Below, in pieces: positions 1 through 9,649 of a stretch of 64,000 bases of DNA; within the stretch, counting starts at the first letter, position 1; each line of letters starts with the position of its first letter. Origin of the DNA: a virus. Both the position numbers and the translations under genes were made by a program. The DNA lies in IMG/VR virus record IMGVR_UViG_3300009124_000002, positions 55,004-119,003 of that record; one strand, written 5' to 3'. The notes below the pieces were generated by a model. It saw nothing but the letters and a program-made list of their open reading frames with translations. It was not told the DNA's origin and did not search any database.

Positions 1-429
1 AACCACTACAAGTATGTAATCCCCACCCGGTTTTCTATGCACATATTCAACTCCAGTATCTCCAACAATTTGTTTGGTGATGCAACTTAAACGGGTATTG
101 TTTATAGTAAACGAGTATTTGGCAGACTGTTTGTTAATACCACGTTTATGGCGAGAGTATAGATATCCATTATCCACATAAATGAAATTGATTTGTTGTT
201 GTAGCAACTTATTAATGATAGGGCAAACTCCAAAATGCCCAAACATAAAGTATATTGCGTCTTTTTTATAGTCTAAGTTTGGATGCGCATTCCAAGTCGC
301 GCCTTTTACAAGTGGAGTATTGGGGGTTATTAGTTTGGTCTCCTTAGCACCACTGAGGCGTAGAAAACAGTTTACTAGTTTTAATTTTCTGCTTCTTTGA
401 TTTGAATTTGCTAAAGCGATTAGTTTCAC
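1..429 (-). CDS. Partial putative glycosyltransferase / capsular-polysaccharide-type protein (runs off the window edge)
   Basis: Hand-translated open frame from GTG at 429, overlapping the upstream stop: MKLIALANS...FIYVDNGY...GGDYILVV. It resembles the 1668-2609 type of protein. Not in the ORF track. Confidence 0.5.
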   Translation of the reverse strand, partial: MKLIALANSNQRSRKLKLVNCFLRLSGAKETKLITPNTPLVKGATWNAHPNLDYKKDAIYFMFGHFGVCPIINKLLQQQINFIYVDNGYLYSRHKRGINKQSAKYSFTINNTRLSCITKQIVGDTGVEYVHRKPGGDYILVVV

Positions 430-1091
430 TCAGGCAACATCTCCTTATAGTATTCATACCACTCTTCTGAGTAGTCAGTATCGCGAAACTCCTTAAACCA
501 AGGTCCACCCTCAGTGTAGTGGATGTTATGAACATCAGATTTGGTTTCATACTCACCAGCAAGCCAGTTCCATTCCAGAGGAATGTCCCCGATTAGTTTC
601 TCTGATTCCAACCATTTGAATTGATGTAGTTGTAATCCGGTAGCAGTGTTCACATACTCAGGAGTCAGGTTCCAACACTTCTCGCAGTTCATGAGCATGA
701 AGGATGACCAGTTCTTCTTCTCATACTTGGTCTGAACCTGTCCGAGAAACTTCTTCTCTGACTTGGGAGTATAATCATGCTTACAGACTTGAATTGCATA
801 CTTGTCATCACGCAAGTCCCATAGTTTTGAAATGTCTGAAACCGTGAGCATATCACAATCCATAAACAGTGCCCACCCCTTGTAGTTCATCAGGTGGGGG
901 ACCATGAATCGACTGAATGAAAACTCAGTAGATGAGAGTGCATTGCGCTCCCGTGTGAAGACATCATGAAGGTTGTTCAGTGCAATGGGAGTTATCGCAA
1001 GAGGCTTGGTGCTGTTCTTAATCAGACTCCATGAAAGAGTGTTGTAAGCAGCACGTTCCTTGCTATCAAATCCAATGAATATGTTGATCAT
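426..1091 (-). CDS. GT-A fold glycosyltransferase (GT8-like)
   Basis: IFIGFDSKE, STEFSFSRF, FMDCDML (DxD), KNWSSFML, HYTEGGPWF motifs. Confidence 0.85.
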   Translation of the reverse strand: MINIFIGFDSKERAAYNTLSWSLIKNSTKPLAITPIALNNLHDVFTRERNALSSTEFSFSRFMVPHLMNYKGWALFMDCDMLTVSDISKLWDLRDDKYAIQVCKHDYTPKSEKKFLGQVQTKYEKKNWSSFMLMNCEKCWNLTPEYVNTATGLQLHQFKWLESEKLIGDIPLEWNWLAGEYETKSDVHNIHYTEGGPWFKEFRDTDYSEEWYEYYKEMLPE

Positions 1092-1702
1092 ATCTTTTTA
1101 TTTACAAAGACCATGCCAGTATCGACCATGAAGGAGATACCTTTCTTCCTCATTGACTTTACAATTGGCATGGTGGAGTTGCTTCTAAGTGATTCTGTTA
1201 AGACCTTTGATTGGTAAAGATGATACTCTTTAAATTTATCTATCCAATAAGATGCTTCTTGACAGTTGACATGGTGATACCCCTTTTTACCCGGCAAAGC
1301 ATGAGTCATAACAACATATTTGCATCTTTTCATGATGTCTACGTAGTTTGGTATATATTGCTGATCTACGTGTTCTACAAACTCAACACACCAACAAACA
1401 TCATACAAGTTAAGCGGAAGTTCCTTCACGGTCCCTTTGGTGAAATCATGAATAATGAATTTTGATTCATCAAATCTTTTGATGGTGAAGTCGCCATCAA
1501 TACCAACAACATGATTAAATCCAACTTTTAATGCCTCTTCGACCATTCCACCGGGACCACATCCAAGGTCACAAAATGACTGGCATTCTAATTCATTATG
1601 CAACCAAGTTAAAGCCCCTCGGTCAATATGAGTTAGATTAGAATGACCGCCGAGATGTTTTCCTAATTTAGAACCATCCATATCTTTTCTTGACTTCTTC
1701 AT
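1088..1702 (-). CDS. Class I SAM-dependent methyltransferase
   Basis: DLGCGPG motif I, GIDGD, CVEFVEHV. Confidence 0.85.
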   Translation of the reverse strand: MKKSRKDMDGSKLGKHLGGHSNLTHIDRGALTWLHNELECQSFCDLGCGPGGMVEEALKVGFNHVVGIDGDFTIKRFDESKFIIHDFTKGTVKELPLNLYDVCWCVEFVEHVDQQYIPNYVDIMKRCKYVVMTHALPGKKGYHHVNCQEASYWIDKFKEYHLYQSKVLTESLRSNSTMPIVKSMRKKGISFMVDTGMVFVNKKI

Positions 1703-2609
1703 AGCACTTCATTAGATGATTTATAGGTTTAAATGAAAGAATTTCTTTTTTGTTCCACTGCGTATAAGCAAGGTTATGCAGCCATTGTGCCCTATCAAAT
1801 TCAACAATATCATTTTCAATGCTTGAGAGGTCATGATTAGAAACCTCCCAAGCCATACAAGATGGACAAGTAGACCAAGTTGGGATTCCTTCGCAAACAC
1901 TTTCTGTCAGTGTGTTTGATGACATTCCGACCACGGCGAAGGCTCCAGCAAAATCTTCATACAATCCTCTTCCTCCCCATCCTTGTTTAGTGTGGACCCC
2001 ATCATAATTAGAACTTATCTCCAGACCATCAATTTCAAGTCTATTGATAAGATCAAGTTGCCGCTGAATAAAACAGGATGCAATAGGATGAAGTCTTATT
2101 CGTATCTTTCTGTCAGTGTGTCTTCGTATCTCCCTCAAGACTGAATCCAAATATCTAAAGTATTTCTCTGAACTATATTGCCCACCCTCCCATGCTATCT
2201 TCATTAAGGCACTATCTTCTGGCTTTTGGAGAATGAATAGAATATACCCATCATCTGGACGACACCAATCCTTGATGTCGATATTGAGATCCTCCTTAAT
2301 TTTATTCCATCTATCCGGTGGGCAGTCTTTGTTATTATATTCTCCATCATCTCTGGTATATGAATTCCATGAAAATCTATAATAATACTCTTTACCTAAT
2401 CCAATTTGCCTAAATGCCGGACTTTCAAAAACAATGACTGGCTTTCTTGATTCTCTTATGGTATCAATGCTGACTTGCTCTTCATAATTCTTTCCCTTTA
2501 TGTTATGCTGTAACCAAACATCAACATCGTCTGCCGCCGTCGCCTGTTTAATATCTGGTGGGAGAATTCTTTGGATTCTTTTCTTTAAATGTAAGTAACC
2601 AAACCTCAT
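1668..2609 (-). CDS. Putative GT-B / capsule polysaccharide modification protein (KpsC/KpsS-like)
   Basis: YILFILQKPED, IRIRLHP, VVGMSSNTLTESVCEGIP, WLHNLAYTQW. Confidence 0.6.
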   Translation of the reverse strand: MRFGYLHLKKRIQRILPPDIKQATAADDVDVWLQHNIKGKNYEEQVSIDTIRESRKPVIVFESPAFRQIGLGKEYYYRFSWNSYTRDDGEYNNKDCPPDRWNKIKEDLNIDIKDWCRPDDGYILFILQKPEDSALMKIAWEGGQYSSEKYFRYLDSVLREIRRHTDRKIRIRLHPIASCFIQRQLDLINRLEIDGLEISSNYDGVHTKQGWGGRGLYEDFAGAFAVVGMSSNTLTESVCEGIPTWSTCPSCMAWEVSNHDLSSIENDIVEFDRAQWLHNLAYTQWNKKEILSFKPINHLMKCYEEVKKRYGWF

Positions 2610-3340
2610 GTTACGAGATACTTATTTTCTGGACTCCTGAGATTGTCTTTTCTCTTGCCTTTGCAATGGTCATAGATTGAACCAAGGACACTCCATGCTT
2701 GAACATGACCAGTCCCTTTCCCTTTGAAGTTTTTCTTAGTGAATCCAATATTGTGATTTTTCACACCATGCTTTTTTTCAAATTCAATCCTCACTTGGTC
2801 AACAACATAACTATCATGCCACTCACGAAGTTGGTATATTTCATCGTTTGAATACATGTCCTGTAATCTCCTCGCCCATGATTTGGTTTGCTCATGATTC
2901 GTATTGAAGTAAAGGAATCCGCATTCCGAATACTTTCTAATCCTACCAAGATATGCCATCATGCATTCGTCTTTATGGATATTTGAACTAACCCACTCAT
3001 GGTCTATTGGTTTATAGAACACACTATCGGCATCAATGTAGATAACTCCATCATAGTCAGTTCTATTCAAGATCAGGTCAGTGTAACCATACACTTTGTA
3101 GCAAAATCTAACCCCATCGTAAAGAAATGACTCTACAGGCTTATCCTTGTTTCTCTCGACAAACTCTTTACATTCTGGAACATCTTTGAATAGGTTTACC
3201 GTCTTCCCCTTTGGGGCAATCCAATCTGCATCCTCCGTATATGTAAACAGATCAAAATCCCAATTGTATGTTTCATAGAACTTATGACCATAGTAGTCAT
3301 AGAGTTTCTTATTCAGTGATGTTACAACTGCAATCTTCAT
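2606..3340 (-). CDS. Nucleotide-diphospho-sugar transferase (GT-A)
   Basis: RFCYKVY, YIDADS (DxD), SECGFLYFN, EWHDSYV, DHCKG. Confidence 0.8.
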   Translation of the reverse strand: MKIAVVTSLNKKLYDYYGHKFYETYNWDFDLFTYTEDADWIAPKGKTVNLFKDVPECKEFVERNKDKPVESFLYDGVRFCYKVYGYTDLILNRTDYDGVIYIDADSVFYKPIDHEWVSSNIHKDECMMAYLGRIRKYSECGFLYFNTNHEQTKSWARRLQDMYSNDEIYQLREWHDSYVVDQVRIEFEKKHGVKNHNIGFTKKNFKGKGTGHVQAWSVLGSIYDHCKGKRKDNLRSPENKYLVT

Positions 3341-3924
3341 TTCAGAATATCTTGAATCTTGGAAAAGGTATCATCGTCTTCTGTCCAGATAGCTAGACAA
3401 ACATCCATCACCTTTCCACATGGCTCTGTGATTAATACATTCTTCATGTCTTTTACAATGGAATAGCATCCAAAGTTTTCCCTGTCAAATCCACCATGAA
3501 TATCGTTGATGTAGTAATCATCAAACACAACAACCTTGCTTCCACTAACAGATTTGAAATCTCCAATAATAGATTCTACTCTATGGTCACCATCAATGAA
3601 TACCAAGTCAGCACTCTTTGGATTTTTCCAGAGAGTTTCTTGCGTTACGCCCTTGATCAACTCAACACGGGAAGCGTGTTCCTTTAATCTTTGCTTTACT
3701 TGAGAAACAGTGTGAACTCTCTTACCGTTTCCAACCATCTTGTGAAATTCTTGGTCAGAGAAATCGAACACATCATATCCTGTATATGTCGTATCCTTTG
3801 GTGCAGTGTCCAGCATCCATTTTGCCGTCTTGCCTTTCGCTACACCAATTTCAATGATTGATTTTGGTTTCAATTCTTCAATCAGTCTGAAGATATATCC
3901 ATATCTTGATTTTATCTCATTCAT
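3337..3924 (-). CDS. Class I SAM-dependent methyltransferase (Methyltransf_24-like)
   Basis: IIEIGVAKG, GYDVF, DLVFIDGDH, VVFDDY. Confidence 0.85.
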   Translation of the reverse strand: MNEIKSRYGYIFRLIEELKPKSIIEIGVAKGKTAKWMLDTAPKDTTYTGYDVFDFSDQEFHKMVGNGKRVHTVSQVKQRLKEHASRVELIKGVTQETLWKNPKSADLVFIDGDHRVESIIGDFKSVSGSKVVVFDDYYINDIHGGFDRENFGCYSIVKDMKNVLITEPCGKVMDVCLAIWTEDDDTFSKIQDILK

Positions 3925-4346
3925 CTTCGCTTTGGTATCTTGTCGTGTGGTATGTGAGTGTATCTCTTAATCATCTGACGTTCTGCTGTTGAGGTTATCA
4001 TGTATCCCTCAATTGCCTTATATCCGTTCTCCAATGCCCACTTGACTCTTTTGTGACCAACATGAACATATAGACCGGGAATAATCTTACCATCCTTATC
4101 TACGTTGGTTCTCTCTGGGTTATTTGGTTCTATTTCAATTCTTCTTTTAACCCACTTATGATCGTGTGTAGATACCGCAATTGGATACATCATACCTGCC
4201 TTCTGAAAGCTTTCATTGTATCCAAATTTCTCCATACGAGCATTGAGCCAAGCATCAGAGGGGAGAAAGCGAATGTCCTTTACATCAAACAGTCGAACGC
4301 AAAGTTTGATTTCTTTTGGATGGAAGTTTGCTTGTAGTATTTTCAC
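3921..4346 (-). CDS. Hypothetical protein, possible ParB/Srx-like catalytic domain
   Basis: GMMYPIAV ... YVHVGHKRVKWALENGYKAI resembles the ParB/sulfiredoxin GxxR motif; stop/start overlaps with neighbours. Confidence 0.45.
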   Translation of the reverse strand: MKILQANFHPKEIKLCVRLFDVKDIRFLPSDAWLNARMEKFGYNESFQKAGMMYPIAVSTHDHKWVKRRIEIEPNNPERTNVDKDGKIIPGLYVHVGHKRVKWALENGYKAIEGYMITSTAERQMIKRYTHIPHDKIPKRR

Positions 4347-4684
4347 TTAGTCACACCACCACTATTGAGCCTCTCAATGTCATCATGAGAAAACTCTGCC
4401 CAATACAACTCAAAAGCAATACCATCTTCAAGCCCAATGAATTGATGAAAGACTCCCGGCTTCACCTTTGTGAAATCACCGGCACCAAGAATTGTTTCAT
4501 CAATAAGGTCACCGTTCCAGCAACGGACCATCATCTTACCAGACTCAACAAAGAAACCATTGCTCTTTGTCTGATGTCGATGTTCGCTACATTGATATCC
4601 TGCCTTGAATTCAATTCTATGAAATTCAAGACAATGATTCTTGAAGACTTCTTCTGTCTTACCCCATACCTTTCCAGCAATCAT
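4343..4684 (-). CDS. Cupin-domain protein (sugar isomerase-like)
   Basis: KVWG, CSEHRH..KSNGFFVESG, PGVFHQF cupin motifs. Confidence 0.8.
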   Translation of the reverse strand: MIAGKVWGKTEEVFKNHCLEFHRIEFKAGYQCSEHRHQTKSNGFFVESGKMMVRCWNGDLIDETILGAGDFTKVKPGVFHQFIGLEDGIAFELYWAEFSHDDIERLNSGGVTK

Positions 4685-4887
4685 AGTTCGTAATCTTCAT
4701 CTTCGTCATGCCCATCTATTCTTTCCATACAAAATGGACATATTGTAGGTTCATTTTCTTCGTATTCGTCATCCTCTAAATCATTCTCTACATCATAGGT
4801 CGAGTGGTTGAAATCGTGCCACTCAATAGAATATGTAGTCCGGCAGGACGGGCATGTAGTTTGAAAAAACATTATCTTATGGGGCAA
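4681..4887 (-). CDS. Small acidic zinc-ribbon protein
   Basis: CPSC...CPFC with D/E-rich spacer and tail, directly downstream of the RNR. Confidence 0.6.
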   Translation of the reverse strand: MPHKIMFFQTTCPSCRTTYSIEWHDFNHSTYDVENDLEDDEYEENEPTICPFCMERIDGHDEDEDYEL

Positions 4888-6833
4888 ACCCCGCCCTCAC
4901 ATTCAATACCCTCAATCATTTCATTTGAGGTCTGAATCGGCGATATGGGTTTAACTTTCTTTACCATCTTCTCATATTGATCTGCATCAATTTCTTCGTA
5001 TGGTGCTTGGGTGAATCCATGATCAGAGTGAAGAAGGAACGAGACACTCTTGATATGATTTTTGAAATTCTTTGCCAACCAATCTTGAATCTCTGGAAGC
5101 TCTTCCTTGCGATAGTAGACAGTGCAGGATACCGCATTATCTGCCCACTGAGATTGAAGAGTCTTGATGAGTTCAAGTTGGTCAATGGCACTCATGTCCT
5201 TGGCGACAGTTGCATTCTCATCGAACTGACAGGGAAACTCAACAACCACGGTATCGTGATTCTCTGTTCCATCGAAGTTCTTGGCAAACTCGGTATGATA
5301 ACCAAGGTCACGACAAACATCGATAAGTGAATCGGTTGCTGCCATGCGAATACGACGAATGAAGTAATGAGAGAATGCCGGATGGACACCGGGAGTAGAA
5401 CCAGCAAGGATGCTTAATGTGCCACTAGGTTTAACGGTAGTCAACTTAATGGAGGGATTATGACCATTCTTCTCGGAGTATTTCTGGTCAAACTCACGAA
5501 GTTTCTGATAGGTATAATCCAACCAATCCATCTTATGTTGACTCTGACAGATACCAGTCACACCAAGACCAATACGCATGTTCTTGTGAACGATCTTATT
5601 GGTATCTTCATGGATGAATGGTAGCGCACATATTGCCTTCTGAGTCTTATACAGAAGCTTTGCACATTCATACATCTCTTCCTTGGATTCGATATTGTTG
5701 AGATACAGTTCACTTAGGTTACAACACTCATAGTTGCCCAGAGAGATTTCACCGCATGGATTGGTCCCCACGACGTTATCCTTATTGGTGGGATACAGTT
5801 CAGAACTGCGAAGGTTTCCGTCAGAAATACGACCATACTTTTCTGACAAGGGAAGGTTGAAAAGACCGTAAGGTTCACCATTGCCAGCATAACCTTCCCA
5901 GAGAGCATCAGATGTATGGTCATAAGAGTCACAGTAAATCGTGTTATTGGACATGGCACGGTAGTTTGGAATACCGCCCAAGTCCCAACGCTTTGCCCGA
6001 AGAAAGAGAAAGTCATCAGGATCACCAATTGCAATCTCTGCGCTTCTACGAACATTACCAGCAACAACAATGGAACCAATGATGTTATTGATATCCAGAA
6101 CATCCAGTGAGCGAAGTTTCTTACCCTCTCGACTCTTGAATACCTCACAGATTTTTGTGATACCATCAATCAGAATAGAGGGACCAGAGGCAGTGCCACC
6201 GAAACCACGAATCTTTTCACCAGCACCACGAATCAGAATGGTTGAATAGGTAAATCCTTTACCAGTCTCAAAGAATGAATCCAAGACCTTGCGAAGAAGA
6301 TATACCCAACCCTCACGGGAATCAGGAACAATGAAGTCGGCATCATTGGTTGCCTTTCCATCAAGTTCATCATGAGTAATCTCAACATCAGGTTTGATTC
6401 GAGGGAGTTCATGGACATCCTCACGGCGAACAGAAAACCCAACACCACCACCAAGCATGAGGTTCTCGAAAAGGAATGTGAATGCCTTTGGTTCATTCAT
6501 CTGAGTGAACCAGCAGTTCAGGAGAGAGTTGGCACCAAACCGTTCGACGGTAGGGGTGCCAAGTTGCCAGAGCATACGTCCAGCGAAGTTACATTTCAGA
6601 TTGAAGACATGATCAAAGAGCTTCTCTGCTTCCTTTTGTGCGTAATTGGCACCAAGGCTTTGCGCTCCATTGATGCATCTCTGAACGGTCTCATGCCATT
6701 CTTCTGTTGTGCCATCGTCCTTTAAGCGAGCATAGGTGCGCTTGTAAACGATGTAACCAAGACCATTGAATCCCCATTTCGGGGTTTTGTTTGCGTATGT
6801 TGATGCGAATTCGTCAGAGATGATATTTTCCAT
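4872..6833 (-). CDS. nrdJ: Class II (adenosylcobalamin-dependent) ribonucleotide reductase, monomeric RTPR type
   Basis: YKRTYAR, FAGRMLW, SLLNCWF, GNVRRSAEI, TNPCGEI, TTVKPSGT, C-terminal CEGGVCPIR; no beta subunit next to it. Confidence 0.92.
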   Translation of the reverse strand: MENIISDEFASTYANKTPKWGFNGLGYIVYKRTYARLKDDGTTEEWHETVQRCINGAQSLGANYAQKEAEKLFDHVFNLKCNFAGRMLWQLGTPTVERFGANSLLNCWFTQMNEPKAFTFLFENLMLGGGVGFSVRREDVHELPRIKPDVEITHDELDGKATNDADFIVPDSREGWVYLLRKVLDSFFETGKGFTYSTILIRGAGEKIRGFGGTASGPSILIDGITKICEVFKSREGKKLRSLDVLDINNIIGSIVVAGNVRRSAEIAIGDPDDFLFLRAKRWDLGGIPNYRAMSNNTIYCDSYDHTSDALWEGYAGNGEPYGLFNLPLSEKYGRISDGNLRSSELYPTNKDNVVGTNPCGEISLGNYECCNLSELYLNNIESKEEMYECAKLLYKTQKAICALPFIHEDTNKIVHKNMRIGLGVTGICQSQHKMDWLDYTYQKLREFDQKYSEKNGHNPSIKLTTVKPSGTLSILAGSTPGVHPAFSHYFIRRIRMAATDSLIDVCRDLGYHTEFAKNFDGTENHDTVVVEFPCQFDENATVAKDMSAIDQLELIKTLQSQWADNAVSCTVYYRKEELPEIQDWLAKNFKNHIKSVSFLLHSDHGFTQAPYEEIDADQYEKMVKKVKPISPIQTSNEMIEGIECEGGVCPIR

Positions 6834-6866
6834 AATTGTTCTATTTCACGTTCACTGTGAAATTAT

Positions 6867-6895
6867 ATAGTATCACAAAACTCAGTTGAAATCAA
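6867..6895 (-). promoter_or_regulatory. Sigma70-type promoter for nrdJ
   Basis: TTGATT-N17-TACTAT on the minus strand. Confidence 0.5.
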
Positions 6896-7275
6896 TCAAG
6901 TTCTTGGCTATCACTTAATTTCATTTTCCAATTTGATATTTCAAGTTTTCCTAGTGGCTTTTCGATGTCCATGTCGGCAAGTCTTTCATTCTGGATAACC
7001 AATTTTGTGCCGCCGTATATAACGCCATCTCTTATCTCATACAGAAAGAAAGTGCTCTTTGTGATACCAACACGGACAAGCCTTCCGGGTCTTCCATTGA
7101 CGATCACAATGTCGTCTTCGTTGTAATCGTTTCCCAGAAAGACGAATATCCCAGCAACAAGTTTCTCAAGAGTTGACTTGAAAATAAGTGTTAATAGACC
7201 AGCAAAAAGTAACCAAGAATTATCCTTTATGAAATGCTCAACCGCGTTCTTCAGAACCGTTGTTTCGTTTTCCAT
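6892..7275 (-). CDS. Minimal MscS-like mechanosensitive channel domain protein
   Basis: Hydrophobic helix followed by KSTLEKLVAGIFVFLGNDYNEDDIVIVNGRPGRLVRVGITKST, matching the MscS TM3b plus middle beta-domain pattern. Confidence 0.6.
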   Translation of the reverse strand: MENETTVLKNAVEHFIKDNSWLLFAGLLTLIFKSTLEKLVAGIFVFLGNDYNEDDIVIVNGRPGRLVRVGITKSTFFLYEIRDGVIYGGTKLVIQNERLADMDIEKPLGKLEISNWKMKLSDSQELD

Positions 7276-7954
7276 TTGTTTCCTTTTGGATCATAGTTGA
7301 CTCTTCATCACTATCCATATCCAATTCAGAACGGAATGGCATTGGCTTGGTTGCAATGGAACCCGCCACAGTAGTTTCCTCCACATCACTTTCAGTCACG
7401 TAGATTTTTTGTAAAGTGTTACGATGCTCGACTTCAAAAACCGAGACATCAAAAATGGTCCCCACGGGTTGTGGTCTGTGAACCTCAACAAGTGTTCCCT
7501 TGAAGGCAAGCAACTCGCCAGTCATTGGCAGTGCAATATCATGCTTCAATTGATACATACCTTCGGGGAGGTAACCACCATCATCGACCAAGAGCCAACT
7601 CTCGCTCAGGTCCAGTTTCGTGGGGTCGATACCATAGGCTTCTTGTAGAATTCCCTTGATATCATCGTCCTCTAAATCTGTATTTTCCTTGATCAACCAG
7701 AAGGCAGCAAGGTAACGGGCAATGGTTGATTTGCCCAATGGGATTTTTGCAAGCAGACGACGAATATTGAATACCAGACGATGAAAGATTGTGTATGCTT
7801 CCTTCTCTTCCTTTGTCTCTGGTTTCTTGAGACGTTCTCCGTTCATGTCCACAACACCAGCCTTGAAGGCTGCGGTCTTCTCCCAAGGCATTGTCAGGAG
7901 TCGAAGAAACCTCAATGCATAAACCGTATCTGCGCCTCTAAGTAGTAGTCCCAT
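7238..7954 (-). CDS. Conserved T4-like phage hypothetical protein (probably late/virion)
   Basis: YALRFLRLLTMPWEKTAAFKAGVVD...YTIFHRLVFNIRRL; lies in a late operon. Confidence 0.65.
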   Translation of the reverse strand: MGLLLRGADTVYALRFLRLLTMPWEKTAAFKAGVVDMNGERLKKPETKEEKEAYTIFHRLVFNIRRLLAKIPLGKSTIARYLAAFWLIKENTDLEDDDIKGILQEAYGIDPTKLDLSESWLLVDDGGYLPEGMYQLKHDIALPMTGELLAFKGTLVEVHRPQPVGTIFDVSVFEVEHRNTLQKIYVTESDVEETTVAGSIATKPMPFRSELDMDSDEESTMIQKETNGKRNNGSEERG

Positions 7955-7955
7955 T

Positions 7956-8324
7956 TTAAATTTCCTGTAGTTCTTTTGCGATTTGTAAATCGAGCTTTGT
8001 GTTTCCCTGTTGGCTCTCTGGCAGATAGTTCAGGAAGATTAAGAATGTCTTGAGCACTGAGTGCAAGTCATCATCAATCTTAAAGAACATCATTTTGTTT
8101 GCAGCAGAGATGTCATACACATTGTAGATGGTGATGATATGATTCAGCACCAGCCTTGTATTTATCTCATTCGTATCTTTGTATTTTCTTAGCAATCGAA
8201 GGACATAACTAAACCGACTCATGTCCTCATAAAAGTCTTTTATGTCTAGACACTGATTATTTCGATAGTGCCTTGCAGCATATAGTTCAAAGTTTTTAGA
8301 TGTAAGCTCATCAAATAATCTCAC
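7956..8324 (-). CDS. Conserved T4-like phage hypothetical protein
   Basis: NFELYAARHY.N..C....FYEDM.RF.Y..RLL pattern, LVLNHII; GTG start 5 nt after a CATAAATA late box. Confidence 0.7.
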   Translation of the reverse strand: MRLFDELTSKNFELYAARHYRNNQCLDIKDFYEDMSRFSYVLRLLRKYKDTNEINTRLVLNHIITIYNVYDISAANKMMFFKIDDDLHSVLKTFLIFLNYLPESQQGNTKLDLQIAKELQEI

Positions 8325-8328
8325 GAAT

Positions 8329-8601
8329 CTATTTATGAAACAAATTAAACCATGCAGTCACAAATGCCCCGGCAATCGCGACAAAGAAAGCAACCACGGT
8401 ATTAAAGAATCCCTTTTGAAACCTGAGATTCTCTTTCTGCTCAACCTCAAGTTTATTGATTCGATACTCATTGGTCTGGTTCTTCTCGATCATTCTTCTG
8501 GTATGTTTCTCAAGGTTGCTGACCTTCTCTTCGGTCCTCACACTTGTAACCAGTAACGATTCAATCTTCTCTTCCAGTTTGTTAAAACGATCTTCAGTCA
8601 T
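8329..8601 (-). CDS. Coiled-coil protein with C-terminal transmembrane helix (XhlA/holin-like)
   Basis: Heptad-rich N-terminus, hydrophobic VVAFFVAIAGAFVTAWF. Confidence 0.55.
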   Translation of the reverse strand: MTEDRFNKLEEKIESLLVTSVRTEEKVSNLEKHTRRMIEKNQTNEYRINKLEVEQKENLRFQKGFFNTVVAFFVAIAGAFVTAWFNLFHK

Positions 8602-8869
8602 TATTTTCAGTGATTTGTATTTTCAGTTCCGTTGCATTTTCACCCTTCATCAATCGATGATATAAGTCCCTCTCAATGCTATAGGTTTTTCCGACAACCA
8701 ACTCAATCGGCATTTGATTGTCGAACTGAAGAAACCAATCAGTCCCATTCAGTATCGTGACCTCTCTGTTCCTTCTGTCTCTATGCCATACCAGTTCATC
8801 ACTATTTACATCAGCACAAAAGCATCTTTCAATGCTCTGGTCTTCGCGAATCGTATCAGTATAGGGCAT
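8594..8869 (-). CDS. Small cupin-like protein
   Basis: ELVWHRD..NREV, WFLQFDNQMP, YHRLMKG. Confidence 0.65.
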   Translation of the reverse strand: MPYTDTIREDQSIERCFCADVNSDELVWHRDRRNREVTILNGTDWFLQFDNQMPIELVVGKTYSIERDLYHRLMKGENATELKIQITENND

Positions 8870-8871
8870 TA

Positions 8872-9396
8872 TTACCAGAAGAACTTACCGCCGCCCTCAA
8901 GACCCAATGCCTTGGCGAACCACGGCAAACGACAAGACCAATAACTTGGTTTTGTCTTATCATTTCTTGTCTCACACTTATGTCTTGCTGCGAAATTCTT
9001 ACGTGCCTCTGGATCGTTAATCTTTGCTTGCAAACCAGAGGTATCACCAAACTCTACTTTGATGACATTGCCTTTGTCATTCTTGACATAGACATAAAAC
9101 TTCTTGTTACCTCCACGTTTGGGTTTCTCTAACTCAGGTTCTTTTTGTTCCTCAATCATAGGAACATCAAGAGGCACATCCTTACCCTCATAGACCCCCA
9201 TAAGACCAATATCTGATTCTAGTAGGGTTTTGTCTTGTGAGTCTAGGAGGGCAGGATCAAGATTACGTGCCTCCTGAAAGAACAGAAGGTATGCTTCGGA
9301 ACCAATGCGAAAAATGTTATCAGAGAAAGGTATCGAGTTCTCTAGGTGATAGTCGATACCCTCTCTGACAACTTCATATTGGTCGAAATCAATCAT
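8872..9396 (-). CDS. Conserved phage protein with basic C-terminal domain
   Basis: KKFYVYVKN..GNVIKVEFGD...ARKNFAARHKC...YWSCR; N-terminus MIDFDQYE resembles a capsid-targeting sequence. Confidence 0.7.
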   Translation of the reverse strand: MIDFDQYEVVREGIDYHLENSIPFSDNIFRIGSEAYLLFFQEARNLDPALLDSQDKTLLESDIGLMGVYEGKDVPLDVPMIEEQKEPELEKPKRGGNKKFYVYVKNDKGNVIKVEFGDTSGLQAKINDPEARKNFAARHKCETRNDKTKPSYWSCRLPWFAKALGLEGGGKFFW

Positions 9397-9638
9397 CTTT
9401 GACGAATCTCTCTGAAGGATTTCTTCTTAGACTCAACCTGTTGTCTCTTCTTGGAAACCATGTAGTCACGGGCTGAATCAAGATAGTCAGTAGCCTTGGT
9501 GATTTTGGACTGAACCCACTCAGGGAGATTCTCATCATCACTCAGTAGCGCATGGAGTTGCTTGGCAGCATCTTCAATAGTTCTGAGTTGAGTCTTTGCC
9601 ATCTCACCCTCATAGTCGTATTCGTTAGGATCTTTCAT
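9393..9638 (-). CDS. Conserved phage hypothetical protein
   Basis: DYEGEMAKTQL...LPEWVQSKITKATDYL. Confidence 0.7.
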   Translation of the reverse strand: MKDPNEYDYEGEMAKTQLRTIEDAAKQLHALLSDDENLPEWVQSKITKATDYLDSARDYMVSKKRQQVESKKKSFREIRQR

Positions 9639-9649
9639 TGTTTATTTGC

